Of a stretch of DNA of 64,000 nucleotides, positions 1 through 12,890 are shown one piece after another (position 1 is the first letter of the stretch; each line of letters opens with the position of its first letter). This stretch comes from Raillietiella orientalis. Its lineage: Eukaryota. The notes under the pieces are model-generated. The model had not been told where the DNA came from, did not search any database, and worked only from the letters and a program-made list of their open reading frames with translations. Location: the NCBI GenBank assembly GCA_036172245.1, contig JAYWIR010000022.1:124001-188000 (forward strand). The letters run 5' to 3'. The position numbers and the translations under genes are program-made.

Positions 1-2002
1 CGATATGCGGTTGCGTGTGAGCTGGTGCATCGACAGACAGACTTTTTCTGGGTTTTCCTTTGAGATTGAGCAAGAGAAACTCCTCAGTATTTCTAATGAT
101 CTTAGCAGCAACGTTATTTCATTGTTTTTTTTTTGTCATTTTATTTTTTTTTCTTTTGTTGTTGTTGTTTTTCTTGTTTCGTCATTGTTTTTACTACTTT
201 CGATGCTGTTTCGATGGTCTCACATTTCACTGGTTGTTTCCCGATGGGAGTGCTTTTCCAGCTCATTGCAGTACATCAGTCGGGAAAAAGCCAACAAGAT
301 ACCCTCAACGAGGAATTGCACGACTCAGAAAGCCCTACAGCTCTCAAGCTGGAGGACTCCCACTCTCCTAATTCAGAGAATTAGAATCCCCTCTGAAAAT
401 TTCCGATCTCCTTCCGAAACGATTCTTCTCGGTCCTAGGGATGCGCAGGCACTGACACAGGGGATCAAATGTGTTCTCACCTAGTACCGAACACCAATAA
501 CACGAAAATGTTGGTCACGTATTCAGCTTCGCCCGTATTTCTTTCCTCCCTGCATGTTCGCTGTTCGGCGACTTTGTTTTAAGCCTAGGACTGAGCCGCA
601 TTGTTGCTACCGGAGACAGGATAGCCACAGTTGCCATCAGAAATAAATGTGGAATTCAGTGAAAAGTTTCCTCTTTTTTTCCTTACTCTCTCTCTCTCTT
701 CTCCTACAGTGAATGATTCCGTTCTGAGAGTTTTGTATGAGACTTTTCTTAAACTGTACTAATATTGCTTTTTATCCTGCCAGAGCATATGCTCAGCATC
801 GCTTTTCCTAACATAGACGGCTGTAGCAGCAGTGTCCCAGTGGGAACGCGGACAGCCTGAGAAACAGGAAGTTTCCGAGGAAGAATTTTGAAATTTCTGT
901 TTGGAATGGAAACTTTGGAACCCAAACTTCGTTGGAACGAACACGTTCTACTGGGAGGGAAACACGAACAAGTTGCAGAAAGAATTGCTATACATCATTA
1001 GCTAAGGACTCACCATCGTGTTCGAGTAGCAGTAAGTAGTGTTTTGAAATAGTAAAGCAGATTCCGAAACTGCAGTTGTTTAAAATAAAATAAGCCTCGG
1101 AGAATCTAAAAACAGTACATGTGAGAAGTGTGACGCATGTTTATATGGCGTCACATGTTCATTTTGAGTTATGAACTGAGGCTGCCACTTCACAATCATT
1201 TGCGAACATGCAGGAGTAATCGACAGCTTTTCTAGAGACAGCAAGCTGCTGATGGGTTCTGCAGATCCAAGTAGGAGGAATTTTGCAATGGTTACATGTA
1301 ATAGCAAAAAATGACATTTTTGTGGAACAACGTGAAAAGAAAAGAAAAAAAAAAAAAATCTCCTAATTGGCGTTTACAAGCTTATCATTTCCCTAATTGG
1401 GCTAATGGCTGCTACAAAGACTTCATCGAGAATCACCTAATGTCTGTGTTTCAAAAAACACATGCTGTATCGGTATTTAGTAATGGGAAGTCTCTTTGCC
1501 GAGCGAGCGTTCACTGTTAACGAACGAATGCACAAAGGGGACGGCGATAAATAAGGAGCTGCGGAAGGTCAACAGGCATCCACTGTGAATTCGTGGAAGA
1601 CTGTACGGTGGGATGTACCTGCACAATCGCTAATTGGTGTACGAGCTGAAACTCTCCACGAATGTTCTTGTGTGGTGTGTTCTGACATCCTCACATTAAA
1701 GTTGCTGCGTTTCTCCCTGATCTCTGGCGATTACGTATGCAGTTGGGGGGATTCTCAGTTTGAAAACTAAAGGTCGAGACACTTAATTACAGAGCTCAAC
1801 TTTCGCTAAAAGCAATGGATGCGATCATACTGTAGCTTATAAAATAATTTTGGAACAGGATACAACTAGTAATTATCATACAGGTTTGATTCCGTAGGAC
1901 TTGAAACCTTTAAAGCATCGATCTTGTGTGGAATTCCGAAATCGATCCATGCTATGTGGAAAAAGAAAACTATGAATATGTAATCCATACGTTTCCTTTG
2001 AT

Positions 2003-2090
2003 GCGTGAGTGCGTGCGTGTCTGTCTGTGTGCACACGTGTATGTACGTGTGTGTCTGTGTACGTGTGTGTCCGTATGCGCGGGCGCGTGT
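2003..2090. repeat. Degenerate (TG/CG)n alternating purine-pyrimidine microsatellite
   Basis: Direct reading: gcgtgagtgcgtgcgtgtctgtctgtgtgcacacgtgtatgtacgtgtgtgtc... Confidence 0.85.
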
Positions 2091-5000
2091 ATTAAAAGGA
2101 TACCCCTCCCATCTTTTTGCTTTTTTTTTTTTTTTTTTTGCTCCCCTGTTTTTTTTGAACATACAAGGCAACGCACATTTCACATCAGTTTGCCGAATTC
2201 CTCAGTGCATTTCCGAGGTGCGTTCCTGGTGCGGCACGGAGTGTTGCTTTCCGGCTCGGAAAGGGATTTTCAGCGGGCGTCCAGTGTCCCGTGTGTTTCA
2301 GGAAGACGCAGCATCCCCTGCCCCATCCCACGAGTGAACGAGAACACCCACGAAAAAAAGAGGGGGAAGGAAAGGGGGGGGGGAAGGAAAACAAGGAGGA
2401 TCCCGCAACAATGGATGAAGCCTAAGCTGCTTCCAGCATGTTCGAGAACTGGGATAATAATAGCTTTGGTACGGTCGAGCGATGATGGCGGGCGTTGGCG
2501 TCGCCAGGAGCAGGAGAGATCAGCGGAAAAGACCGAAAGTCCGTACGGTGCTTTAGCGGGAACTGTGCGTACACGGCGCGAAAGTTGGCAACTGGGAACG
2601 GCAGAGGAGAATGTTATTGAGACTTTTTTTTTTTATTGGTGTGCGTGTGTGCTTGTCCCGATGAGCAGATGGAAACTGTCTTGGAATTTCAGTTCACAGT
2701 TCGACTTCCCAAAGCCTCGTTTTCCTAGGAAATGGAACCAGACAAACAAGGAAAAACATAAGGCCTTGTAAAAATGTAAGGGAACAGAACTGCTGTGACG
2801 TGTAGGTGAATACATGAAATAAGGGTAATGCCACCGTTGGACTTTGAATTGTGATTTTTGCTTCATATTTCTTTTGAGAGCATTGCCCTTAATCATTTGC
2901 TGTTTTCTTTTTTTTTTGTTTGTTTCCTTTCTTTCTTTTCTTTTCTTTTCTGTTCTGTCCTCTTTCTTAAAGAAAGACAAACACATTCGCGAACATTTCC
3001 ATTCTAAGGTACCTAATATTAATACCTGCCATTTGAGAGCCGAGATATTCCGCGATGCTTTTCTCTCCGGCCGGGGAATATTTAAAACGCGCTCGCGAGG
3101 CATTCTGTCGCAGGGGCGAGCTGCCAGATCCATCACCAGACGGGGGCCTGCGAATCCGTTTCGAACATACGGAGACCGTAATGATGCAGAAGTTTCGGAC
3201 CCGTGAGCAACGCATGCAGTGTCGTTGGGTTCCGCCTGCGTCCGCCAGCTACAGATTATTGCAGTGGGAGCGCACTCATCACGTGAAATATGTTCAGAAA
3301 ACGCTGCTCGCGCAGCAAATTGAAGAGAACGTTGCTCTGAGTGCGTCTATGTTCTGGGAGAGGGGGGGGGGGAAGGAGAGAGGAGAAGGCAGGGAGGTGG
3401 ATGCTCTTCACTGCGCATGTTTTCCCCGCTCCACACTCGTCTCTGTCTCGGGAAGGGGGCAATGCGCAAAGCAAACGACAGCCCTCTCCGGCTTATTGGA
3501 GCTCTCCCGGGAGCTTGCAGACGCCTGCGCAGCAGAGGAGACCTCGGCTCGCGCGCGGAGGAGGACGGAAGGGAGCCGAGGACCGGGTCCTCTGCTCTTT
3601 CGCTCTTAGAGTGAACGCTCGGAGAGCGTCGCTGCCTCTTCGCAGTCTTCGTGTTCCGCGCCTTTCTTTTTTTTTCCCCCTCCTCGACCGAACAGCCCGT
3701 GCCGGAGCAGCACTGGGCAAGAAGTGAGCCTGCGCCACCGAGAGTCATCGCTCTCACCTCATGATGCTCTGCTACGCCTCTGCCGCCGCTCCCAGCCTCC
3801 CGACGGAGACGGAAGAGCAGAAATGGCAGCAGCACTGTAACACGAATCGATCCTTTCGCTTCCCGCCTCCGCCCAACCCGTTGGCTTCCGAAACGACTCG
3901 CTGGCTCGCGCGGTTGGGAACGAGAGGAATACCCCCTCCCCCCCCTCTCTCTCTCTCTTTCTCCGCCGTTTGGCAGGAAAGGGCGGGATGCCCTCCGCCA
4001 CCGCGCCCGCCAGCTGCCGCCAAAGACGGCCAGACTCCGAGGTCTTCCAGTGAAGGAACTCCACCACCACTCACGCCCGCATCCGGAAGGAAACGTGAAG
4101 GGATAGGTGGCCCTCCTTCCCGCTTCCTCCTCACCCCGGACAGGGTCAGCCCTCTCCGCGTTTCGATCCCACTCCTCGCTTACTGTCTGAAGAGGAGCGC
4201 GAGCTCCTCCAGAAGGAGATCCTCCGTTTCTCCCTGCCTTCTCCCAGAATCTCCACTTCGGCGCGGTTCCCGGCACGTCCCTCTCCACGCCCCGCTTCCC
4301 CGCGTTCCTGACGCCCCCTCCGCCCCGGCGAGAGCGCTCTGCTTCTCCCCGATGCCTCCTACTCCGACGAGCAGGCCTCTCCCCGACGGGAGAAGCCTCT
4401 CCCTGACGTCCTTCGGAGGAAGCTGACGCAAGGGAGCAGCATGGCACCTGGGAAGAACCCTCAGCTTCCCCTCGGGGAATAGAGAAGGGAGTCGTACTCT
4501 CGAGATGAGGCAGCAGGACGAGTTGAGGGACGGCAAATCCGCTCCCCCCCCTTTCCGCCCTCATCAGAGAGAGGAGGATTCGCCGAGAGGGAACCCGGAG
4601 GGCTCAGCTGGGTGGGAAAGAGGCAGAGCGAGAGCCCTCTGCTCCCGAACCCCAGCTTAGCGCGATAAGAAGGGTCCAGGAGCGGAACGCTGCTCCCCCT
4701 GCGGAGGGAGCGGCACATTCCTCGGGGATCGCCAAAAAAGGTCGGCTGATCGCTTCGTTTCTCCGTGGAAACCTCGGCAGGGGGACGCCCGCGTGGCCGC
4801 CGCTGCTACTGAAGGTCGGTCTCCAAGGAGGCGCGTCTGGTGCGCCTCGGAGGACTCGGCGACAAGCACGCAGTCCGGACCCAAGGAAGGAGCCGAAGGC
4901 ACAGCCGGCAGTGCCCCGAGGACAGCTTCCTCGTAAGGTCTTTGCTACGGAGTCGCTGAAGGGGCCTCCCGGTCGAGAGTTCGCTTTCCCGGAAAGCGAA

Positions 5001-8000
5001 ATGCCCGCTGGAAGAGACGCAGTGGCTTTGCGGGGGAGATAGGGGAGGGGGAGAGGACATGGGTGTCTCCGATCCACTTCCCTCTCCCCTGAAGAGCCGG
5101 AGCTATTTCCCCGCTAGTCAGGAGAGATCGGTGGGGCGGTCCCGCTCTTTCTCGGAGGAGGGAGCCTAGGCCCTCCTCCGAGCCCTGGAGTCCCGCACGA
5201 CGGCGGCCTTTCCCGGTCCACGGTGCCGAGTTCCATCGGGACCTCCGTTGGCACAAACTCAAGGAGGGATGAGGGAGAAACTCTTGCTCGTGGGACCCAG
5301 ATCTCGAGGGTCGTCCCTCCCCCGGGCAATCGAGGCCGCTTGGCGGCGCCGAAGCAGAAGGAACGGATGCCTCCCGCTCCCCGACGCGGGATGAACCCTC
5401 TCCCCTCTGCCCGCAGGGGCAAGGTCCGCCGCCGCAGGAGCTGTCAACGCGCGCGTTTTCGCTAACTCAGGTCCCACCGAGTCACGCGACCCCGAAGGAG
5501 GCGACCGTGGCACTCAGTTCCCAGGATGCAGCAGGGCTCTTGCCGGAGGGGGCGGCAACCGCCTGACTTGAGTCTTCCCTCCGCCCCTCGCACGAGCCCT
5601 GGGAAGGACGAGCTCTCACGCCTCGACCCAGACCGCTCCGGAAAGTTCACTCCCCGAAAGCGGTCGCTCAGCAGCTTCCGGGGTTGCTGCTGAATGGCGC
5701 GGCAGACGACGGCGCTCACCCAGGGGTGACGGCCCGTCGGGCGCGGGCCCGGGAGCTGAGGCTCCTTCGTCCGGGGCTCTTGGGCGACGGCAGGATGGCG
5801 CAGGCCGGACGATGCACGGCACGTGACTTGCGCGCCACCGAGGCGTGCATCTCGCGCGTACAGGGAGGGAGCGACCCTGCGCGTGTGGTCCGTTTCCCGA
5901 GGGAGGCCACAGAAACGGGGGTCGTTCCGTTCCCCCTCCCTTCCCCGTCTGTCCCGGCGCGCAAACGGGAAGAGCGGGAAGCCTGTCTGCTGACTGCGGG
6001 CGTGGCAGCAAGTGAGGGCGCAGGCCGGGCCGTGACAGAGGCGCCAACGGCCCTCCCCCTCCAACCGTCGCGATGTGCATGGAGCAGGAAAGTCGGCGGA
6101 GCCCGGAGGAGAGGCCGGAAGGCTTCCGCGGCTCGTCGCGGATCTTCGAGAGCTACCTCGAGACGACCCCCTGCTCCCTCGGGGACGGCGGTCAGCGCTG
6201 ACGGAGGTCGGGTCGAGGAAGAATGCATGCGCCCCTGCGCCCTCCGAGGGAAAGAATGATCACTTCCCCCGTCGGAGTGACACGCCCTGCTCACCCGGCA
6301 GAGGGGCGGACCGTGGCCCCGAAGCAGGTCGCGCACGTCCGGGGCTCGAAGAGCACGCGCTTTCGCAGTTGTAAGGGTCGCCTCCGAGCGTCCACCAAGG
6401 TCGTCCATCCGGGGTCGCGAGGGGGTCAGCTCCCGGGGGTGGCGTGCAGACGAGCCGTCCACCCACGGCGGGAAGAGACGGCTGGTCGCCATGGAAGGGC
6501 GCGCGAGAGCACGTCTCTTCCTCGCTCCTCCTCTGCTTCCGCGCGCGGGCGCGTCCATCCTCCTTAGGACGGGCAGTGGTCGAGCACCCATCGTTGCCTC
6601 GCGGCTACCGGCGCGCTTTCCGGGATTCCGGGAGGGAGCTGCTGCGAGGTCGGGATATGGCGCCCGGTGCGACCGACGGATGGTGTGCCGGGAGGCCGTA
6701 GCGTGTGCAGGGGTCAAACCGGGAAAGCGCGACCCATAGAAATGCCGTACCTCTTCCCGTTGCGCCTCCTCCTCTTCGTGGCGTACACGGTTCCTAATGC
6801 ACTCATCCTCTTCTGCGTCCTTCGGGACTCTTTGTCGCGCCGCAATCACTTGGAGCCGGAGGCAGCCGCGAGGGATCTCTGTGTTCTCCGGAATCCTCGC
6901 GCGTTCTCGGGAGCGGAGGCTGAGCCTCGGAGGTTCATCTCGTGTCCCCCCGAGGAGGGGGCAAGGGAGGGGCGGAGGAGGGGAGAGGAAATCGTGCGGA
7001 CCACCCGCTCTCTCGCTCGCCTTCTGGGAAGGCAGGGAGGGAGTCGTGCAGGAGCAGCGGCTCGGGCAGGGTCTGTCTAGCGCGAGGAAACGGGCGCTCT
7101 CGTCGACAGGGAGGTGCCACTGGCAGCGCCGCGCAGGGCAGTCGCGTGCTCCGCCGCTGCAGGTTGCGCTTCGACTGGGCTGCTTCCTGCGCGCGAGGGG
7201 GAGTGACCGCGCGCGGCGCGACGTCTGCCTCCCGGTAGGTACCAGCAGGCAGACGTGCGGAAGCCTGCCATCAGGCCCCTCCCTCTGCGCCGCTGAGCGC
7301 CCAATGGGGTGCCGAGCCGCTGCATACGAGCGCGGTCGGTACTGCGCCGCTGCTTTTATAAGCGGAGGGAGGGCACAGAAATCAATGCCTCAGTCGGACG
7401 CAGCGCGTCCGGGAGGGGTGGCGCCGCCGTTCCGCGAGCTGGGCGGGGAAGGGGGCAGGGTCGGAGGGAGGGGAGCTGGGCGCTCCCATCCTCCTCCCGC
7501 CGCCGAAGGAGGGAAAGGGGTCCCTCCCGCAGCGGGAGGGGCGCGCAGGTGCATTCCCTCTCCGGCAGAGAACCCGGGAAGGCCTCTCCCGGGCCGCAGG
7601 TGTGCGGGGCAACAACTGCGGCTTTCGTGCCGGGAAGCCATAACACGACGACGCGGGAGCGGTATCCAGGAGACCCGCAGATGCGGGCGCCTTCCGAGAC
7701 GCTCACGTAAGGCGCGAGCCTTCCTGCGCGGGCCCACTGGCGCTGGTTCCCCCGGGCGAGATCTTCGAGTCCATGGGACCTTAACCAACGCCCGTGTATC
7801 CCCTCACCCCAAGGGGTGGGAGGAGGGGGCGATGCCCACGACTGGTCTGTTCCCCCCCCCCTCCCTCCGACTTGTCCGTCCCGGGACGCTTTGTTCCTGC
7901 CGGAGAGGGTCCGGTGGGTCGGCAGGGTCCGGAAAACTGAAGGTTCCCTCGTCTCCCCCTCCTTCTCCCCCCTCCTCCCTTCTCGTGGCCGTCAAAACAA

Positions 8001-11000
8001 AAAGGGGGGTGGGGGAGAGGCGAACACACAAACACGCTCTCGCGCACGCACACACGCACGCAAGGGAACGGGCGGCAAACACGATTTGGATGACGTCACC
8101 GTCGCCCTGGCAGGTGCGCGCGTGCGCGCGCGCGTGCCTCTCCCCCCCCCCATCTTTGCCGCGGCCGGGCGGATGGGCGTAGGGCTATCTCCCTCTTCCC
8201 CTTCTCGACACAGGATGCTGGGGATCGGGAACGCGGGTGCATCGGCAGCCGCCACAGGCTCACCTACAAAAGCTCCCACAGTCCCCACTCGTGATGGAGC
8301 CCATCCTTGCGCCCCCCATCCGTCGCCGGGTCTGGATGCCTCGAGCCGTGCCAAGTGGGTTGCGACACCCGGTTGCTGACCAGAGACACCCTCGGACAGA
8401 CCCCATGGGATGCAGAGGAAGTGGGGGGACAGGCCCTGCCCAGGAGACGAGCCAAGAGGCGTGCGACCTCGTCACCTAGGACGGAAGAACGCCTCCCGAG
8501 ACACCAGCGGCGCTTCGACTTTGGGTTGGGGGAAAGGGGAGGCAGGCGAGGTCAATGGCGTCTCCCCGTGTTTCATCCTCCCGCATGCATGCAGGACAGA
8601 CAGCTCCGCGGAGCGTGCCGGAGGGGGAGAAGGGCCGGGGAGGGGAGTCTGGAGCGAGTGCTTGGGGTGGAGGTGCTATGGCGACTCCAGGGGATGCGAC
8701 GGAACGGGAGGAAGCTCGTGGGGGGTAAAGCAAGTAGCCTCCTACTTGCTTTACCCCCGGGATAGAGCAAGGGGCCTTGAGGGCGGCGACCTCCCGTCCA
8801 CGCGCAAGCCAGCCAGAATTGCCGGGAGCACCGTCAAACGCGGCCCTTGGGGCGAGAGCGGAGAAGGCAAAAGACTGCGGTGGCCCTGCAGGCGGACGCC
8901 ACTCGCCCCCTGCCCCACCCCACGTCCCCCTCAGGCAGCGCGCACGGACACGTCCGCGGCTGAGAGCAGGGGGCAGAGGAGGGTGAGGCGGGTGACTGCG
9001 CCCCGAAGACACGGCGAGCGACCTGAGGGTCGGAACTCGCGCGCTTCCGCAGCTACTTCCGCGGGGTCAGCGTGGCTGCGGTCCTCTTTTCCTGGGAGTG
9101 CCGAGGCTGACAACGAGCGGGGGGAAGAGGATATCGTGCTCCTGCTCCGAAGAGGCGGGAGCAGTCCCCGGACAGCAGCCTTCCTGGTTCCTTAGGGACG
9201 GACGAGTCGCCTCGAAAATGCCACCGGGCACAAGGTCCCGAAGGGACTCCTTCCCGCCGTTCCCTCCCGGGGGAGCGCGCCAGTTCGATGGCTTCTGTTC
9301 GCTTCCTCTCGAAAGGATGGCGACCTTCGTGGCCGAGGGAGCCCGGACCCGCGCCTCCCTCACCATCGTCCGCCCTTGGAGCTCCCCACGTCTTTGGTTC
9401 ACATCGAGAAAGGACGGATGCAGCGACAGATGCTGAGGTGAAAGAGGAGGATCCAAGGAAAAATACGAGGGTGCCGATGCTATTAATAATTCGTGCATCT
9501 GCGTGCGGAATCAATTGGATCCGGATGCTGCGCTGGGGGCGCCGCCGCGGAGCGCCTGCCTTCCTGCTACGGAGCAGGTCTCCTCCCCCCGGGGAAGAGG
9601 AGCCGGGGGAGCTCGGGAGCGTCTCCCACCGGAAGAGGTCATCCCCGGGGTGAAGGCCGAATATCCCTTCCGCCCGGCGAAGCTCGGGTCTCGCAGGCAA
9701 CGCGCGGAGCCACCCTCCTGCAGCCGGGAGGGCCGCCTCCCGAGAGCAGTCCGCTGCGCACGCGGGTGGGAGCGTCTCCGGAGGGAAAGTCCCCTGCTCG
9801 CGCGGTTCAGGAAGCCTCCCGATTGCTGAGCTGCGTGGACGGAAGCAACAGCAGCCGACTGCTGCTTCCGCCTTGGAAATTCTTGATATTTCCATTAAGA
9901 GCTTACAAGGCGGACTGCCTCCTCCGAGAGGAATCCTGGCGGCCGATCCACGGGCTCCGAGCCCTCCCCTGTGTGCGGGGCGGTGAGATGTGCGGGTCGT
10001 GTCCCCCTCCTTCCCACAAAGTCGTGTCCCTCGTGGCACGGGGGCAGGGGACCACCACGAATCTCCTATCGGCTTAGACTCGCGCCCTCCCCTTCTCCCC
10101 GTGTCACGGAAAAGTCACACTTCCTTCCTCCTCGTGGGTCGCTGCGAGGACGCTCCCACGTTTCCTCCCTTAGCCACGCGCCCAGGTGCGCCCGGGCGAC
10201 CGACTCGCCCCCGATGGATCCTCCGCATGGACGATGATGCGATGAAGGGACCTCGTGAAAGAAAGCTTGCCGGCCAGGGTTAGGGTCGCACAGAGTGCCG
10301 CTAGGGTACCAGGCTGAAACCTTAACCTCCCTTCCCGCACGGAAACCCCAAAGGCTTTCCAGTGCATAGCCCAGCATCCAAAGTCCTCGTAGGTCGACGA
10401 ACTGGCCTGATTTAAGAGCGCAGAGGCACCTGGCTGCACCCGGCCCGGTGACTCTTTCGTTTTTTTTATTTTATTTCCTCTCTTTCACCGTGTGAAAACA
10501 AAAGAGGGGCACAGGGAGGAAGGGGGAAAGACACCTCCTACCTTGACTGCCGGTCGCAGCGGATCCGCAGGATGCCTGCGAGATGGGAAGCCGGTTGGAC
10601 CACCCGTGGGAGCGGCCGAGGTCCCGCACGTGGTCGCATCCACGAAGCTCATCTCGGAGGAAAAAAAAAAAGAAAAAAGTCGACAGATTCGTTCATCCGA
10701 TTCATGCGAACGATCCTCGAGCAAAACGCCTCTGCCACCATCCTCATCCCTATCTGCCAGGATCGAAGCCGCTGCCTATCGTATGTCCCTACGCAAAGAT
10801 ACTGCTTGCATTAAAGACCTATCAAATGTGGTATTGGTCATAGCAGCGATGTCTGGAATGTATCCTTCCGCTGCACGTCAGATGGAAATAAGAAGAAAAA
10901 TCAACACATTCGGGATTTTACGATCACTCGAAAAAGATCGGTCGATTCATAACAACTCGAAAATTTTCTAGGCTGCATGAGTTATATCGGCATTTCACTT

Positions 11001-12890
11001 TGCAACCTCCTCTCTCCCCTCCTCTCCCACTCTCTTCGTATTAGGGTAGAAACGTTTTTCTGACGCATCAACACTTGTCACAAGCCTGCTGAGCTCTCTC
11101 AAGCAACGACTGGCCTAGCTGAAGAGAGGCCCCACGGATTCTCCCAGAATTCCTTTCCGATGGTTCGCCGGGCGAGCAAGCAACATTGCGCCCCGCGAAA
11201 GGCGCAGTGGGAAAATTCGAGAGCTGTTGGTCCAACAAGTACGACGCGGGGCCACAGCCGCGCGGATGCTTTGCGGGAAGATCTGCGCTGGGAGGGGGGG
11301 CCCCGCCTTTTCCACGCCCGCTGCGAAACGCTCCTGAACGGGAAGAAGCCGCGGCTCGCTCGCGAGCACTTCTAGGGAACGTTGTAGTTGGTAGAACGCA
11401 AGTCATCAAGGCTACTGTTAAGTGCATGTAGCAGGTCAGAAAGCACCTTGCACGATGCCACGAACGCAGCCAACTTTCCCACCATGCGGAGGATGGTGAT
11501 AACGTGTGCTTCGGAGTTGCTGCAAGCATTTCACATGTTCCGAGGACTGAGGAAAGGATCAAAGGAATGATAACCGTCGACCACCGAGCCGCCGTTTCAT
11601 CTCAGGCCACCGATAGCAGCCGAAACGATGGTAGGTGGTTGCGTTCCATCAGGCCGCTCGTAAGGAAAAGTTTCCACAGGTCCCAACGCTCGCAGCAGGA
11701 GGACACGGCCTTTTTTTTTTTCACCCCCCCCCCCCCTACTAGCACCAGGAGGAGTTTTAGGATTTTTTAAGCATTTGTAGAACTCATGTCACATAACTCA
11801 GCGACGAGTGGTCGGTTTTCCTTTTGATGGATGGAAACATCAGTTTTCTTCGCATTCGGAAACATCGCGCGTACGGGATAATTGCTACGAACGAATTTTC
11901 TCGTAAGCCGGATTCGTGGGTGCATCGGAAGCAGAGACGATAAAAGCAAATGCTGAAAAGATTACCTCTTCGCACAGATGAAAATTTCTGATGGAAAAGT
12001 TTCCAACGCTACTTCAGATTGTGTCCTTACGGCGTGGTTCCCACTTTGCATGTGAAGATGTCACTCGCTCGGCACCAAGAACACTTGGCGAGTGACGCAC
12101 TTTACCCTGCTGGCTCGTGTACGAGAAGGATTTTCAGTCCCTAAGAGAGAAAATCTCTGCAAGATCGCGAACGTGCAAAGAAAATCACACGGTGTTGAAA
12201 AGTGGGTGACGTTTGCACATCTACAGAGGCATTCGCTCACGAAAATGAAAATTCATTCTTTTGGAGAAGGGCGATTCTTTCGGGAAGGATGAGGTAAATG
12301 CCGATGTTCCTGTATATGCTCTTGGCGAGAATGCCTTTCTGAAGCCCTGTCCTTTGAAAATGTGGTAGCCACACATTCAGATACAAAGAAGTAAGATAGC
12401 ATGCGAAGCGAATTAACCGGTCAAGTGAACTGATCAAAAACTCATGTGGTCGCTGAATTACTGGGCAATGGCGGCAAACAGCCATACCGGCACACTTCGA
12501 GCCAATCTTCAAGCTGTGATATTGCAGATGTGGTTTATAAAAAATCACTTGAGGGTCTAACAGCAGCATGACGAGTGGATTTGCGGGTGCTAGCCAGTGT
12601 TCAGTATGGACACAGCCAGTAGCTGCAGCCACATCAGCATCCCCTAAAGTTACTTCTTTTCTTTTTTTCTTTTTTTTGCTTTTCTTTTGCATGCACAACT
12701 TCGCATCTATCCATCAGAACCTCCTGGGCCACCTAACATGGCGATCATCTGTCTTCTTGCGGTTTTAGGTTTCCGAGTGCTGGTCAGGGAGTCACTGCTA
12801 GCTAATGGTTGATAAACAGGCAATATCCTTGTTGCCTGTTTTCTTCGGAGTCAGGAATCTCGAAGGATGGTTTCCCTGCCAATGTCTACT

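Noticed and set aside
4545..4580. Minus-strand CTGATGAGGGCGGAAA, hammerhead-core-like
   Set aside because: No closing pair for stem II and no convincing stems I/III or cleavage triplet
9562..9582. ACGGAGCAGGTC, matching part of 7SL RNA
   Set aside because: Lacks the preceding CAGGTCGGAA helix-8 motif and any Alu domain; only a local hairpin
9781..9960. GAAAGTCCCC, RNase MRP CR-I-like
   Set aside because: No matching CR-V (GGGGCTYA) partner for helix P4 downstream
3347..10077. Many long overlapping ORFs (up to 461 aa) on both strands
   Set aside because: Arg/Gly/Pro/Ala-rich with no recognisable domain and present in all frames, as expected from stop-codon scarcity in GC-rich DNA
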